Shown here: positions 40,970 through 54,010 of the stretch, piece by piece
Numbering within the stretch: the first letter of the stretch is position 1
Layout: each line of letters begins with the position of its first letter
Assembly (NCBI GenBank): GCA_964016885.1
Contig: OZ024742.1
Location: forward strand, 92,380,001 to 92,444,000
Length of the DNA: 64,000 bases
Reading direction: 5' to 3'
Source of the DNA: Eledone cirrhosa
Lineage: Eukaryota
The notes under the pieces: generated by a model
The model's database searches: none
The model's input: the letters and a program-made list of their open reading frames with translations, nothing else
Told to the model about the DNA's origin: nothing
Made by a program: the position numbers and the translations under genes

Positions 40970-41577
40970 ATGGTGGCTGCCAACTCGTTTTCGAGTACGG
41001 CCACTACTTTATATCCATGTAGGAGAACCCCTACCGAAGCGCTGAACGAGTGTGACTTTTTAGTCCAGCGACTTGAAACCTCTGGTACAAACACTACACT
41101 TGTGACAATTATTGACACATAGTGCTGGGCCCATGGTACCATGTGAGGACAAGTGCAGAGAGATCTCCAGATATAAAGCAATGCCTGTGCCGTGAAGCTT
41201 TTATAGTGAGCAAAGGCACTGCACAAAGCCAGTCCCACTCTCTTAACCAAGATGATATTTAACAAAAAGAAGAACAAGTCAACATCATTGGATACCATCA
41301 GGGTTGCAGGTGTTATATCAGAGTTTTCCTTCTCCTAGAATTCTGCCTTGACAAAGGCTAAGGGGTCATCTCTCCCACTGATTTTGGATGGCCATTGACT
41401 CTTAAGAGCTCCTTTGCCCTTTGACAGGTTTTGTTTTTAGTCCTGCAGGATGTCCAAAGTCACCCTCCTCACCAAGAAACCTTGGTGGGGTTGCCAGTTT
41501 AGTCGCCAACGACCCGACCATGAGACAGGTTGTACTGGGATACATGTTACCAGTAGCACCAACTGGTGACCTGACAT
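40970..41577 (-). mobile_element. Non-autonomous RTE-derived element, copy 3
   Basis: Reverse complement of 6712-7306; (CATA)n on both sides. Confidence 0.75.
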
Positions 41578-41665
41578 AATACATACATACATACATACAT
41601 ACATACATACATACATACATACATACATACATACATACATACATACATACATACATACATACATA

Positions 41666-42463
41666 CGAGGATATCACCCATGTCATCAGCAGCTGTCCAA
41701 AGATGTCATCGTGGTACTATCTACCTATGGGGCATGATATAGTGGCCAAAACACTGTACAATGCAGTTCGTAAAAAAGATAGCCCCGATAATAAACACAT
41801 TAAAAGCTACAACAATGTGGAAGACATCCATGTACATAATATGAAAGAGTACTGGTGGAATGTTCCAGTAAAAACCCCAATAAAATGCAGGCATAACAGA
41901 CCAGATATTATGATATGGGACAGTGAGAAGAAAGCATGCACAGTAGTGGAAATTAGCTACCCACCAGATGCCAATATAATATCAAAGATTAGCGAAAAGG
42001 AGTATATTTATGCAGAATTGATTAGAAATTTGCAGATACTCCACTCTCCACCTCAGATTTATGCCTGTGCTTATTGGGGCACTGGGGTATGTTAGTAACT
42101 GCCTCAATACAAATCTTGAGAAGCTAGGCTTCACAGGGACAGAAAGAACACAACTAGTTAGGAAATTACAAGTACAATCCAGTAAAAATATGTAAAACAT
42201 TCCAAAATGGAACAGTAAAAATATGTAAAACATTCCAAAAATGTTGCATCTAATAACTGCATATACACATGTACAGATACAAAGCATATACACATGCACA
42301 CATACAACTCAAAACATACTCATCCATATCTACACATGCATGCATGCATACATAATCTACCTAGTTGATGTTGTGTAAATTCCAATGAGAGAGTCTTGTG
42401 TCTATGTTAGAAACCGACTCTCTCTATTGGGAAAAAATTTGTGAAATTATAAAACCAGAAGAA
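41666..42463 (+). mobile_element. 5'-truncated R4-A copy
   Basis: Near-identical to ~33996-34788. Confidence 0.9.
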
Positions 42464-42490
42464 CATACATACATACATACATACATACAT

Positions 42491-42815
42491 ATTAACATCG
42501 AATACAGAATTAACATTGAAGATGACACCCATGTCATAAGCAGCTGTCCAAAGATGTCATCGCGGTACTATCTACCTATGAGGCATGATAAATTTTGCAT
42601 CTAATAACTGCATATACACATGCACACATACAACTCAAAATATACACATCCACACATACAATAACAGCCATATCTACACATGCATGCATGCAGACATTCA
42701 TACATATCTATCTAGTTGATGTTGTGTACATTCCAATGAGAGAGTCTTGTGTCTATGTTAGAAACCGACTCTCTCTCTATTGGCAAAAATTTGTGAAATT
42801 ATAAAGCCAGAAGAA
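42491..42815 (+). mobile_element. R4-A copy, 5' truncated with a ~480 bp internal deletion
   Basis: Matches ~33985-34067 joined to ~34551-34788. Confidence 0.85.
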
Positions 42816-43119
42816 CATACATACATACAATACAATACAATAAAATACAATGCATACATACAATTGTGTACGCACTGCTTACATAATACATATTATACAG
42901 CTTATATAACCTAAGTCGTTAGACTTAATATTACTTTCATAAGTATTCTATTATGCAATTGTAGTTTTGTGCTACTCGAAACCATTTCCGCTCCTATCTC
43001 AACCATCTGATAAGCACTATGCCCTTGAAATAATCTTTCGTAATAGGATTCTGTCGCCAAATCTTCTGTTGAATCTTTTTCTGCTCTCTTTTCTATAGTA
43101 ACTCCTCCCAAACTAAGTG

Positions 43120-43670
43120 GTTGCTTGGAGCCTGCTGTTTTGTTATGGGTGACTTGTTGGAGCCTGTTATGCTGGTTACTGGAAGTCTTGTTGGAGCCTG
43201 CTTTATTGTTTGTTACTTACTGTCGTTATGAAAGTGATTTGTTTGGGGGCTGATTATTGCCGGTTACCATCTGGCGCATTGTGTGTGGCTTCTTAGAGCC
43301 TGCAGTATTGCTAATTGCTTGCTATCGTGTTGAGGGTGATTTGGTGTGACCTGCTGCCTTGTTGACACCTGTTGTGTAGCCGCCGGTTACAAGCGTCTGT
43401 GTTAGGGCAGTGTTATTGCGGCTTTCTGTACTGCTGGTTACTGCTTTGTTGGGGCCTAGTTTATTATGGTTACTGGCTACTTTGTTGGGGTTTGATGTAT
43501 TACTGATTATTGGCTCCTTTGAAGCTTGTTGTGGTTACTGGCTCACTTGTTGGGACCTGTTGTATTACTGGTTATTCGCTTCCTTTTGGGGGTCTGTTAC
43601 ATTGCTGGTTACTGGCTGCTTTGTTAAGAGACTTGCTTAAGGCCTGGTGTATCACTGGTTAGTCGCCACG
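43120..43670. repeat. Highly degenerate GT-rich minisatellite
   Basis: Recurrent ctggttactgg / gagcctg motifs. Confidence 0.6.
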
Positions 43671-43721
43671 TTGCACGTGACTTCCTGTAAAAATAAAAAG
43701 TAAGAAATACATATTGAGTCA

Positions 43722-43900
43722 CTGGCACTATCGGTAGAGGGTCGGACGCCATGTTTTCCAACATAGTTACCTCCCTTTACGATCTGAGTTCAAATCCCGC
43801 CGAGGTTGACTTTGCCTTTCATCCTTACGGCGTCGATAAAATAAAGTACCAGTAATGCACTGGGTAATTGCTGGCCTTGTGCCTAAAGTAGAAACAATTA
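43722..43900 (+). mobile_element. SINE family A
   Basis: Matches consensus. Confidence 0.85.
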
Positions 43901-44871
43901 TTTCTATTTTCTTTTGTGTACAAAATATTAAAAAAATTATAGATTTTATTAACACAATTAAAAGACAAAAAGGAAGGAAAAAGTAAAACAACGGCAGAAA
44001 TGGGAAGGTAAAAAACTCTACACCCTTGACTATACAGTCTGTTTCAACTCCGCCATGTGAACAAGATGGTAAAATTATTGCCATAAACAACAACCAGTGA
44101 CACTCACTTCATCGGTAATTCACCCCCCACCCCCACCACGGGTATCCTTCCGCAGTTGTGATATTATTATCCCGATTTAGCGGATAAAAATTGAAACCTC
44201 AAATATCGTATATTATCACCTCATTCGAAAAATTAGTCAAATCTATTTTAAATAATATCCTACCGTCTTTTAAAAAGGTATAGTAATCTTGATTATATTA
44301 TTTCGTATATAGGCACAAGGCCACAATTTCGGAGATTAGTATAGACCAGTGGATCCCAAATATATTTTGTCGTTGAACTCTTGTACGGTTTTCCGGAAAT
44401 TTCATGACTCTTATACGATTTTCCAAAAATTGTAGAACTAATACTTATATCTTATAGATAGTCTCAACCGCCTTGATTTTTTATAAGACATTAAATGAAA
44501 CAAAACCGTCATAGAAAGATAATATATTTATATTTTAAAAAAAGGATAAAATTTATTTGTATTAATTGTCATTAAAAGTCACCTTACCTCGCAGGACCAT
44601 ACATTTTTTCGCATAACACTATGGTACAGAAGATGGACTTTACCCCAGTATAGATAGATAGACAGATAGGTAAATGAATGGATGGATATGTATATAGATA
44701 GATAAATAGATAAAAAAAAAGTGTGAAGGTACCTCCCGCCTGAAAATAAGACGTTAAAATACAACATATCTGACAAATTTGTACTCGGTAGGCTGTCACA
44801 GTATACTCCACTTGAATGTAGTCGTCTAAAAGAAGCAATTTCGATATGTTTTTGGAATCAGTTTTCAAACA

Positions 44872-45410
44872 GATAAACGACGCAGCCGGATTCCCGTCAC
44901 AACTGGAGCCCGTAGGCCTCGACCGTGGTGACGACAAGCGCCCAGACGAAATTACACTCTTCCTTTTCCAAGGAGGTAAATCCCTCATCTGGGGCACTAC
45001 ATGCTGTGATAGGTTCTCTACCTGCAACTTAGTCACCTCGGCCATAAACCCCAGTACCACGACTTGCAATGCAGAGGACAGGAAGACAAGCAAATACCGG
45101 AGCTTCCTCTTTGCACTGGTCACCGTCGAGACCTCAGGTGTCCTCGGACCCCGAACAGCTGACCTCCTTCGTAAAATCGGATAGATAGCAGTCCAACCGA
45201 GGAAGGAGGTCCGCGAGTGGCGTGGCTGTTGCAGCCTGTGTTGCTGGCCATTATCCGCGGATATGCATTTGCCATTATGTCTGCGGTGTGCAACCGAAAC
45301 ACCGCCCTAGGTGTAGAGTCTGTCTTTCTTTGTCTATTAGTCATTGCTCCTCCACTTTTCCTCTTGTCTATGGCATTTATAGTCCTTTCCAATACAGCTT
45401 TCTTTTTCTG
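44872..45410 (+). mobile_element. CRE-clade LINE 3' fragment (RLE domain and tail)
   Basis: DAAGFPSQLEPVGLDRGDDKRPD...VETSGVLGPRT is homologous to 4753-5169. Confidence 0.8.
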
Positions 45411-45651
45411 TATGTTTAACAGTTTAACTGAAAATTAAGTTCTCAAGCGTCTCTTTGTCTGTCTTACGTCACCAAAAATCCAACCAATCATGAACCTCTT
45501 TCTTTCTCTCTCTCTCTCTTTCTCTCTCTCACATACATACATACATACACACACTTACACACAACACACACACACACACACATACACTTCCCTCACACAC
45601 TTACGTATAAACACAGGCAATTTAATTTGTAGTATTAAATTTAATAAAGAA

Positions 45652-45840
45652 GGGCGGTGAATTGGCAGTATCGGTAGAGGGTCGGACACCATGCTTTGAC
45701 GCATAGAGTTACGGCCCTTGCCATTCTGAGTTCAAATCACGTCGAGGTTAACTTTGCCTTTCATCCTTACGGGGTCGATAAAATAAAGTACCAGTAATCT
45801 ACTGGGTAATTGCTGGCCTTGTGCCAATAGTAGAAACAAT
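45652..45840 (+). mobile_element. SINE family A, full length, 17-bp TSD
   Basis: attaaatttaataaaga at 45634-45650 and 45839-45855. Confidence 0.9.
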
Positions 45841-47040
45841 TAAATTTAATAAAGATTGTAATCTGTTTCATCAGTTATATCATATATTCACCAGTTCTGT
45901 AACTGACACAACAGATACACTACCTAATATATCATATACTGCAAGAGCCAAATGCATTCTAATTACAAGTCCCTTTCAGAACCTAAGCCCATAACTACAC
46001 AGTAACAAACCACTATTTAATTTTAAATTACTATCACTACTTACATATCAATTTCAACCTAAAATACAATAACAGTTGAATAGAGTACCAACTAGATTTG
46101 GTCAAACTGAACCAAAGTGATCTCCATAGGGCCCGAAACATAAGTCACCAATTGGGAAGTGATTAAACGAAGTCAAGGGAAGGACATCCAGGGTTAAGGG
46201 TCAAAACACTTCTTTTATGCAGACTTTCTCCTGTCCAGCTCTCCCTAAAGTGTCTTGCTACTATTTACACATGACTAGACTGAGCTGATTTAACGCCTCT
46301 TCCATTCTGTCCGCCGGGGCTGTGGGGAGACCAGCACTTGGGACCCCATTTGCTCACCATACAGAGAGATGGGGGGGGGGGGGCGAGAGAGATTGAGGCG
46401 ATGACAGTGGGAGTTCGGCTCTTCCACATTCGGACCATGTCATTATGGTTGCGTTCATCAAGCCCTAGTGCAGTAATGAAATCAGTGCCTTGTGAGTGGG
46501 ATATAACCTTTATGTATGTTGTTAGTTTAACACAACTACATTTAAATTACTATAGATATGATTTAGACAGTACTATCTTTGAAAGTGTTTCTAATTATTT
46601 CGTGTTGATTGATAACTCTAGGGAATAATACATTGACTCCCTAGATACCAATTCCCACCTCAGAATGTAAAGATCACATCGTTAAGCGGTTCAAACACAA
46701 GCAGAACACAGTGTAATATCAATGACAAGATACGAACCACCAAGCTTATATAGATGGTTGTCAACTGCCATATCCACTAAACCATCAATACTTCTCACTC
46801 TTGTTACTCACATCCATTAAACCCCTTCACCCTCCTCATCGATCCCCTTTCCTATATCCCTCCTTGTCTGTCTTACTGAACACTAACAACAAATAACAGA
46901 TTATCTCATTTGTTAATCAGTAACCGGCTGTCTCATTAACCAGTATTTAGTCGAATATTGGAGCCTGGTGATGTGTGGAAGGTGGAAGGGGAGGTAAGCC
47001 CTGTCGTCGTGTAATTAATTTTTATATTTGGCGGTTAATT

Positions 47041-48054
47041 TTGTGTATGTAGTGTATATGTGTGTATGAAGTGTATGAAGTCAATGTATGTGTGTATGAG
47101 TGTATATGTGTATGTATGAAGTCTATATATGGGTGTATGAGTGTATATGTGTGTATGAAGTGTATATGTGTGTATGAAGTCAATGTATGTGTGTATGAGT
47201 GTATATGTGTATGTATGAAGTCTATATATGGGTGTATGAGTGTATATGTGTGTATGAAGTGTATATGTGTGTGTATGAGTGTATATGTGTATGTATGAAG
47301 TCTATATATGGGTGTATGAGTGTATATGTGTGTATGAATTCAATGTATGTGTGTATGAGTGTATATGTGCATGTATGAAGTCTATATATGGGTGTATGAG
47401 TGTATATGTGTGTATAAAGTGTATATGTGTGTATGAAGTCAATATATGAGTGTATGAGTGTATATGTGTGTGTATGAAGTGTATATGTGTATGTATGAAG
47501 TATATATATGTGTTTCTGAGTGTATATGTGTATGTATGAAGTCTATATATGTGTGTATGAGTGTATATGTGTATGTATGAAGTCTATATATGTGTGTATG
47601 AGTGTATATGTGTGTGTATGAAGTGTATATATGTGTATATGTAGTGTATATCTGTGCATATGAAGTGTATATGTGTACGTGTGAAGTGTATATGTGTATG
47701 TATGTAGTGTATATGTGTATGTACGGAGTGCATATGTGTGTGCATGAGGTATATATGTGTATGTACGGAGTGGATATGTGTGTGTATGGAGTGGATATGT
47801 GTGTGTGTATGGAGTGGATATGTGTATGTATGGAGTGTATGTGTGTGTGTGTGTGTGTGGAGAATGTGTATATGTCTTATATGTGTGTGGTGTGTATGTG
47901 TATGTATCGAGAGTGTATATACATGTGGAGAGTATGTGTGTGTATGGAGTGTAAGTGTGTGTGTGTGTGGAGAATGTGTATATGTCTTATGGGTGTGTGG
48001 TGTGTATGTGTATGTATCGAGAGTGTATATACATGTGGAGAGTATGTGTGTTTG

Positions 48055-48118
<64 letters not shown>

Positions 48119-49375
48119 TGTGTGTGTTTGTGTGTATGTGTGTGTATGGAGTGTATGTGTGTGTGTGTGTGGAGAATGTGTATATGTCTTATGTGTGTGT
48201 GTGGTGTGTATGTGTATGTATCGAGAGTGTATATACATGTGGAGAGTATGTGTGTGTGTGTGTGGAGAATGTGTATATGTCTTATGTGTGTGTGGTGTGT
48301 ATGTGTATGTATCGAGAGTGTATATACATGTGGAGAGTATGTGTGTGTGTGTGGAGAATGTGTATATGTCTTATGTGTGTGTGGTATGTATGTGTATGTA
48401 TCGAGAGTGTATATACATGTGGAGAGTATGTGTGTGTGTGTGGAGAATGTGTATATGTCTTATGTGTGTGTGGTGTGTATGTGTATGTATCGAGAGTGTA
48501 TATACATGTGGAAAGTATGTGTGTGTGTGTGTGGAAAATGTGTATATGTCTTATGTGTGTGTGGTGTGTATGAGTGTTATGAACGTCTGTATGTAGATGT
48601 TGAGGAAGTGTAGGGTGAGACTGTTTATGTGTTTGTGTAGGTTGTGTACATGTATGTATGTGTGTTATGTACATGTATGTGTGTGTAGGTTGTGTACATG
48701 TATGTATGTGTTATGTAGATGTATGTATGTGTATATTATGTAGATGTATGCATGTGCATATTATGTAGATGTATGTATGTGTATGTTATATAGATATATG
48801 TATGTATGTATGTTATGTAGATATATGTATGTATGTGTGTTATGTAAATGTATGTATGTATGTGTGTTATGTAGATGTATGTATGTGTTATGTAGATGTA
48901 TGTATATGTGTTATGTAGATGTATGTATGTGTTATGTAGATGTATGTATGTGTATGTTATGTAGATGTATGTATGTGTGTTATGTAGATGTATGTGTATA
49001 TTATGTAGATGTATGTGTGTTATGTAGATGTATGTATGTGTATATTATGTAGATGTATGTATGTATGTGTATATTATGTATATATATGTATGTATGTGTA
49101 TATTATGTAGATATATGTATGTACGTGTATATTATGTAGATGTATGTATGTATGTGTATATTATGTATATATATGTATGTATGTGTATATTATGTAGATA
49201 TATGTATGTACGTGTATATTATGTAGATGTATGTATGTATGTGTATATTATGTAGATGTATGTATGTATGTGTATATTATGTAGATGTATGTATGTGTAT
49301 ATTATGTAGATATATGTATGTATGTGTATATTATGTAGATGTATGTATGTGTATATTATGTAGATATATGTATGT
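47041..49375. repeat. Compound GT/TATG-derived minisatellites
   Basis: Successive higher-order units (gtgtatgaagt...; ggagaatgtgtatatgtcttat...tcgagagtg; ttatgtagatgtat). Confidence 0.95.
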
Positions 49376-49556
49376 TGGTGTATGGAGAGTGAAAGGGGAG
49401 ATAAGAGGTTCAATTACAAGAAGATAGTTAATCTCTCATTATGTGAATTGAGAGGGAGATGTGTGTGGGGGGGGGTGAGAGTGTATGTGTGTGTGTGTGT
49501 GTGTGCTTTCGAGTGAGTAGGCATATGTCCGGGTTTGTGCATATATATATATAAAC

Positions 49557-49610
<54 letters not shown>

Positions 49611-49774
49611 AACAAGCGTTTCAAGGCCATTTCCCTCGCTACATCAGGCGTTTTCCTTCGGGCCCGCTGGCACACACATGTGTGTGTATCTATGTATGTG
49701 TGAGTGTGAGTGTGTGTAGATCCTGAGTAAAATCGGTGATAACCGATAACCGATTTAAAAAAGGTACTCAAAAC

Positions 49775-49955
49775 ATTAGTAGAGTGTAAACATCCGGACG
49801 CCATGCTTTGACGCATAGAGTTACGGCCCTTTCCATCCTGTGTTCAAATCCCGCCGAGGTTAACTTTGCCTTTCATCCTTACGGAATCGATAAAATAAAG
49901 TACCAGTAATACACTTGGTAATTGCTGGCCTTGTGCCAAAAGTAGGAAATAATTA
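49775..49955 (+). mobile_element. SINE family A
   Basis: Matches consensus. Confidence 0.8.
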
Positions 49956-50031
49956 TTTAATATAGAATTGGCTTCTACAACACTAGAACTGATTCATTCG
50001 TATGAAATCATATATGTGTGTGTATGTGTAC

Positions 50032-50109
<78 letters not shown>

Positions 50110-50151
50110 AAATAGACAAAGAAGCCTTCAATACATCAAAAGTCTTTATTA

Positions 50152-50192
50152 GCCTACAATGTTTCGTCCCATTAATAAGAACTCATCAGGGC
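50152..50192 (-). ncRNA. Minimal type I hammerhead ribozyme (inverted pLTR copy)
   Basis: GCC CUGAUGA GUUC...GGAC GAA ACAUUGU A GGC. Confidence 0.8.
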
Positions 50193-51038
50193 AATTAAAC
50201 AGACAAGAAGCATTAACGGCCAGAACAAGCCAAAACTCAGAAGAATAGGGAATTCATATCCATGAAAGCTTATGAGAGATATGAAGGAAAAGCATGCTAA
50301 AGCTAAAAGTGTGCGGTTACAAATATAGACTATAGGGCAAGAAAGTGAGTAAAATGTCAAACCAACGTTGAAATTACAGTATAATACAAATACATTAAAT
50401 ACAACAAGAGAATATGAGAATTACAATACAATATAATGGGTAATAAGAAATATAAAGCTTAATATATGTATATATATATATCCATATATATACACATTTA
50501 CACAAACACATACTAACACTTAATAAGTATAAATATACTCTTTATAATATAAAAATCACCATGACGGTGCGCCTAAACTATACAAAAAATAAACTATACA
50601 AAAAATAAGCTATACAAGAAATAATATAAACATGTACTGACATCAAAAATATACAAAACTACATCATACATATCACTTAATGTCAACAAGTTGTATATAA
50701 AGTTTTACACAGGGCAAGAAAAAATATCATAATAAAACTGGAGTATGTTGAAAAATATATATATACATAAATACATAAAGTATTGATAATAAGTATATAG
50801 GGGTATATGCAGTTTACATTCATAAAATATTACAAAATATTACAAAATATAACAAAACAGTACCTTAAATATCAGACATATATTAATACGTATAATTCCA
50901 TTACATAGAAATAATATGATATATAAATGTTAATATTATAATAATAAATAATATAATAATATAAAAATATAAAAGCAGACTGGCAGAGTCAATTCAAGGT
51001 TGTCCTCCTTATAATGTATTTTCAAAGACAACCTTGAA

Positions 51039-52149
51039 TTGACTCTGATTACCCATAATAACGTAATATCCCATAATATGGCCTTGAATGGGAGTAGAAA
51101 ACATAGGAATCATAGAAATATTATAGATATATCCAAACCGAACCCTAAGTTTAGCTACCGATATAGTAGTCGAATTAGTGAGTCTAATGGTACGCATATC
51201 GAGATCAGTTCTAGGGAGCAGGATAGGCGCTCTGAACGTTCACCCAGTGGTAATGTTTTAACTGCTTCTAATAGTGTTAATTCTACTGATCCTCATATTA
51301 ACCCTGATCCTATTAATAGGATACCAGATTACGGTAGAGATAGTAAAGGTAGGAATAGGAGGAGACTCAATACTTACTGTACCCCGCCTTTTGATCATGA
51401 AGTATTAACTAATATCCCTAGGTCTTTCTTTTCTATCTTAGAGAAAAATTTCCCTCCTACTAATAAATATCATGGTATATTTAATAAAAACGTAATTAAA
51501 CTCTCCTTCTCTACCACCCCTAACATTAATTCTCATCTAGCTAGCACTAACAATAGGAAAATTAGGGATAGCTACTCCTCTTTGCCTACTGCTAATCTAG
51601 ATAGCTCTATTGATAACTTACTGCCCGAGCAGATCTTATCTTATAATAACCCTAGGAATAATGCATCGCGTAATCAGCTAGTCACTAGTACCCGGAAGTG
51701 TAACTGTAGAGTAAGTAATAACTGCCCTTTAAATGGTCACTGCCTCTCTAGGAACATTGTTTATGCTTGTGAAGTTAAGACTAATTCTTCTTGTAGCACT
51801 TATATAGGCTCCACATCTAATACTTTTAAAACTAGGTTTAATTCACATATTTCTAATTTTAAGCATATCAAGTTTAAGAACTCTACTTCTTTGGCACACC
51901 ATATCTGGGATTTAAAAGGGGCTGGTATACCATATAGCCTAAATTGGCGAATAGTAGCACACTCTAATCACCTATCAACACACTAAATTCTGTAATCTTT
52001 GTATGCTAGAGACCCATTCTATAATTTTCTCTAGGAGCATATTGCTTAATAGAAAATCTGAGATATTTTCTTCCTGTCCGCATGCCATTTCTAATTCTTT
52101 CTTCTATTATAGACCTAAAAGTTCCGGTAGTTTAAACCGTATTCATTAG
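51039..52149 (+). pseudogene. Penelope-like linker and GIY-YIG endonuclease (no RT), frameshifted near 51980
   Basis: TPPF..TNI..NFP..IFNKN.IKLSFS..PNI, CNCR..CPLNGHCL, IVY..YIGST..FKTRFNSH and IWDLK; after the shift CNLCMLE..LLNRKSEIFSSCPH. Confidence 0.85.
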
Positions 52150-53210
52150 CTGCTATATTTCCCTATCTCTTTGGTTTTAGCTCATTTTTATTACCATTAT
52201 TATTAATTTTCTACGGTTGTTTCGATTTTCGAATTTTAGTTTTCATAGTCGTATTAGCTACCTTACCACATCTATCATCTTAAACATTATTACATTTTTA
52301 CTCAATATTATCGCCTTGTAAGTTTGTATCTTATTGAATAGTTTAATTTTGAGTCTCCTACATCTAAAACTAATGAACCTCCTCCTTTCCACACTTCATA
52401 TTCGCCCCTTTTTATTATATTATATATAAATTCTACTTTTATACTCCTTTTAATTATATTATATTATATATTCATTTTTACTTTTATGATCCTTCCTATC
52501 CGCCATAGTTTCACTTCTTTCTGATATTTAAGGTACTGTTTTGTTATATTTTGTAATATTTTGTAATATTTTATGAATGTAAACTGCATATACCCCTATA
52601 TACTTATTATCAATACTTTATGTATTTATGTATATATATATTTTTCAACATACTCCAGTTTTATTATGACATTTTTTCTTGCCCTGTGTAAAACTTTATA
52701 TACAACTTGTTGACATTAAGTGATATGTATGATGTAGTTTTGTATATTTTTGATGTCAGTATATTATTATATTATTTCTTGTATAGCTTATTTTTTGTAT
52801 AGTTTATTTTTTGTATAGTTTAGGCGCACCGTCAGGGTGATTTTTATATTATAAAGAGTATATTTATACTTATTAAGTGTTAGTATGTGTTTGTGTAAAT
52901 GTGTCTATATATGGATATATATATATATACATATATTAAGCTTTATATTTCTTATTACCCATTATATTGTATTGTAATTCTCATATTATATTACCATGTT
53001 GTATTTAATATATTTGTATTATACTGTAATTTCAACGTTGGTTTGACATTTTACTCACTTTCTTGCCCTATAGTCTATATTTGTAACTGCACACTTTTAG
53101 CTTTAGCATGCTTTTCCTTCATATCTCTCATAAGCTTTCATGGATATGAATTCCCTATTCTTCTGAGTTTTGGATTGTTCTGGCCGTTAATGCTTCTTGT
53201 CTGTTTAATT

Positions 53211-53251
53211 GCCCTGATGAGTCCTTATTAATGGGACGAAACATTGTAGGC
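53211..53251 (+). ncRNA. Minimal type I hammerhead ribozyme (3' pLTR)
   Basis: GCC CTGATGA GTCC ttattaatg GGAC GAA ACATTGT A GGC, with AATAAA immediately after; fully canonical core. Confidence 0.85.
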
Positions 53252-53575
53252 TAATAAAGACTTTTGATGTATTGAAGGCTTCTTTGTCTATTTTTATAAT
53301 TTTTCGGCTCTGTTGTATTACATTGAGCTATATCCTATACTGTCATTTCTATAATACGACGAGTGTGTTTTACTCCAACGCACTCTAGTATTTTAATTCT
53401 TATATATATATATATAATTATATCTCATAAAATAATACAACTGGTTTTTCCACATTATACATATTGTTAGCACCCCAAACACTTAAATTGGGTTTACATT
53501 TCAATATAACCTAATGTTTGTTGAGTGAGATGGTTACCAGTCAGAGTTTAGCTTTAAACTATCTCTGTTATTGTA

Positions 53576-53647
<72 letters not shown>

Positions 53648-53847
53648 TGTCAGTGAGTATGTGTGTGTGTGTAAGAGGGGAATTTCCTATGATATACTCT
53701 AATACATTAATACATTAATACATTAACCATGTTGTTGAAGTGGTCTTCCATCTTAATTATACACAGTTGAAAGATAGGATGTCAAATAACATTGGTCTCA
53801 TCATCAGCTGCTTTAATAAGGATTATCTCCTCCCTCTCATATCTCTC

Positions 53848-54010
53848 TTTCTTCTTCTTCTTCTTCTTCTTCTTCTTCTTCTTCTTCTTCTTCTTCTTTT
53901 TCTTTTTCTTTTTCTTCTTCTTCTTCTTCTTCTTCTTCTTCTTCTTCTTCTTCTTCTTCTTCTTCTTCTTCTTCTTCTTCTTCTTCGTCGTCGTCGTCGT
54001 CGTCGTCGTC
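53848..54010. repeat. (CTT)n(CGT)n tract
   Basis: Direct reading. Confidence 0.95.

Larger units (their letters stand above)
50104..53400 (+). mobile_element. 5'-truncated Penelope-like element with inverted pseudo-LTRs, inserted in (TA)n
   Basis: Inverted arms 50104-50876 and 52520-53299, a GIY-YIG ORF between them, a hammerhead plus AATAAA in each arm, and a ~100 bp unique tail to 53400. Confidence 0.9.

Noticed and set aside
49610-49652. CUGAUGU...GAAAC hammerhead-like motif on the minus strand
   Set aside because: A9 missing and no stem I or proper stem III
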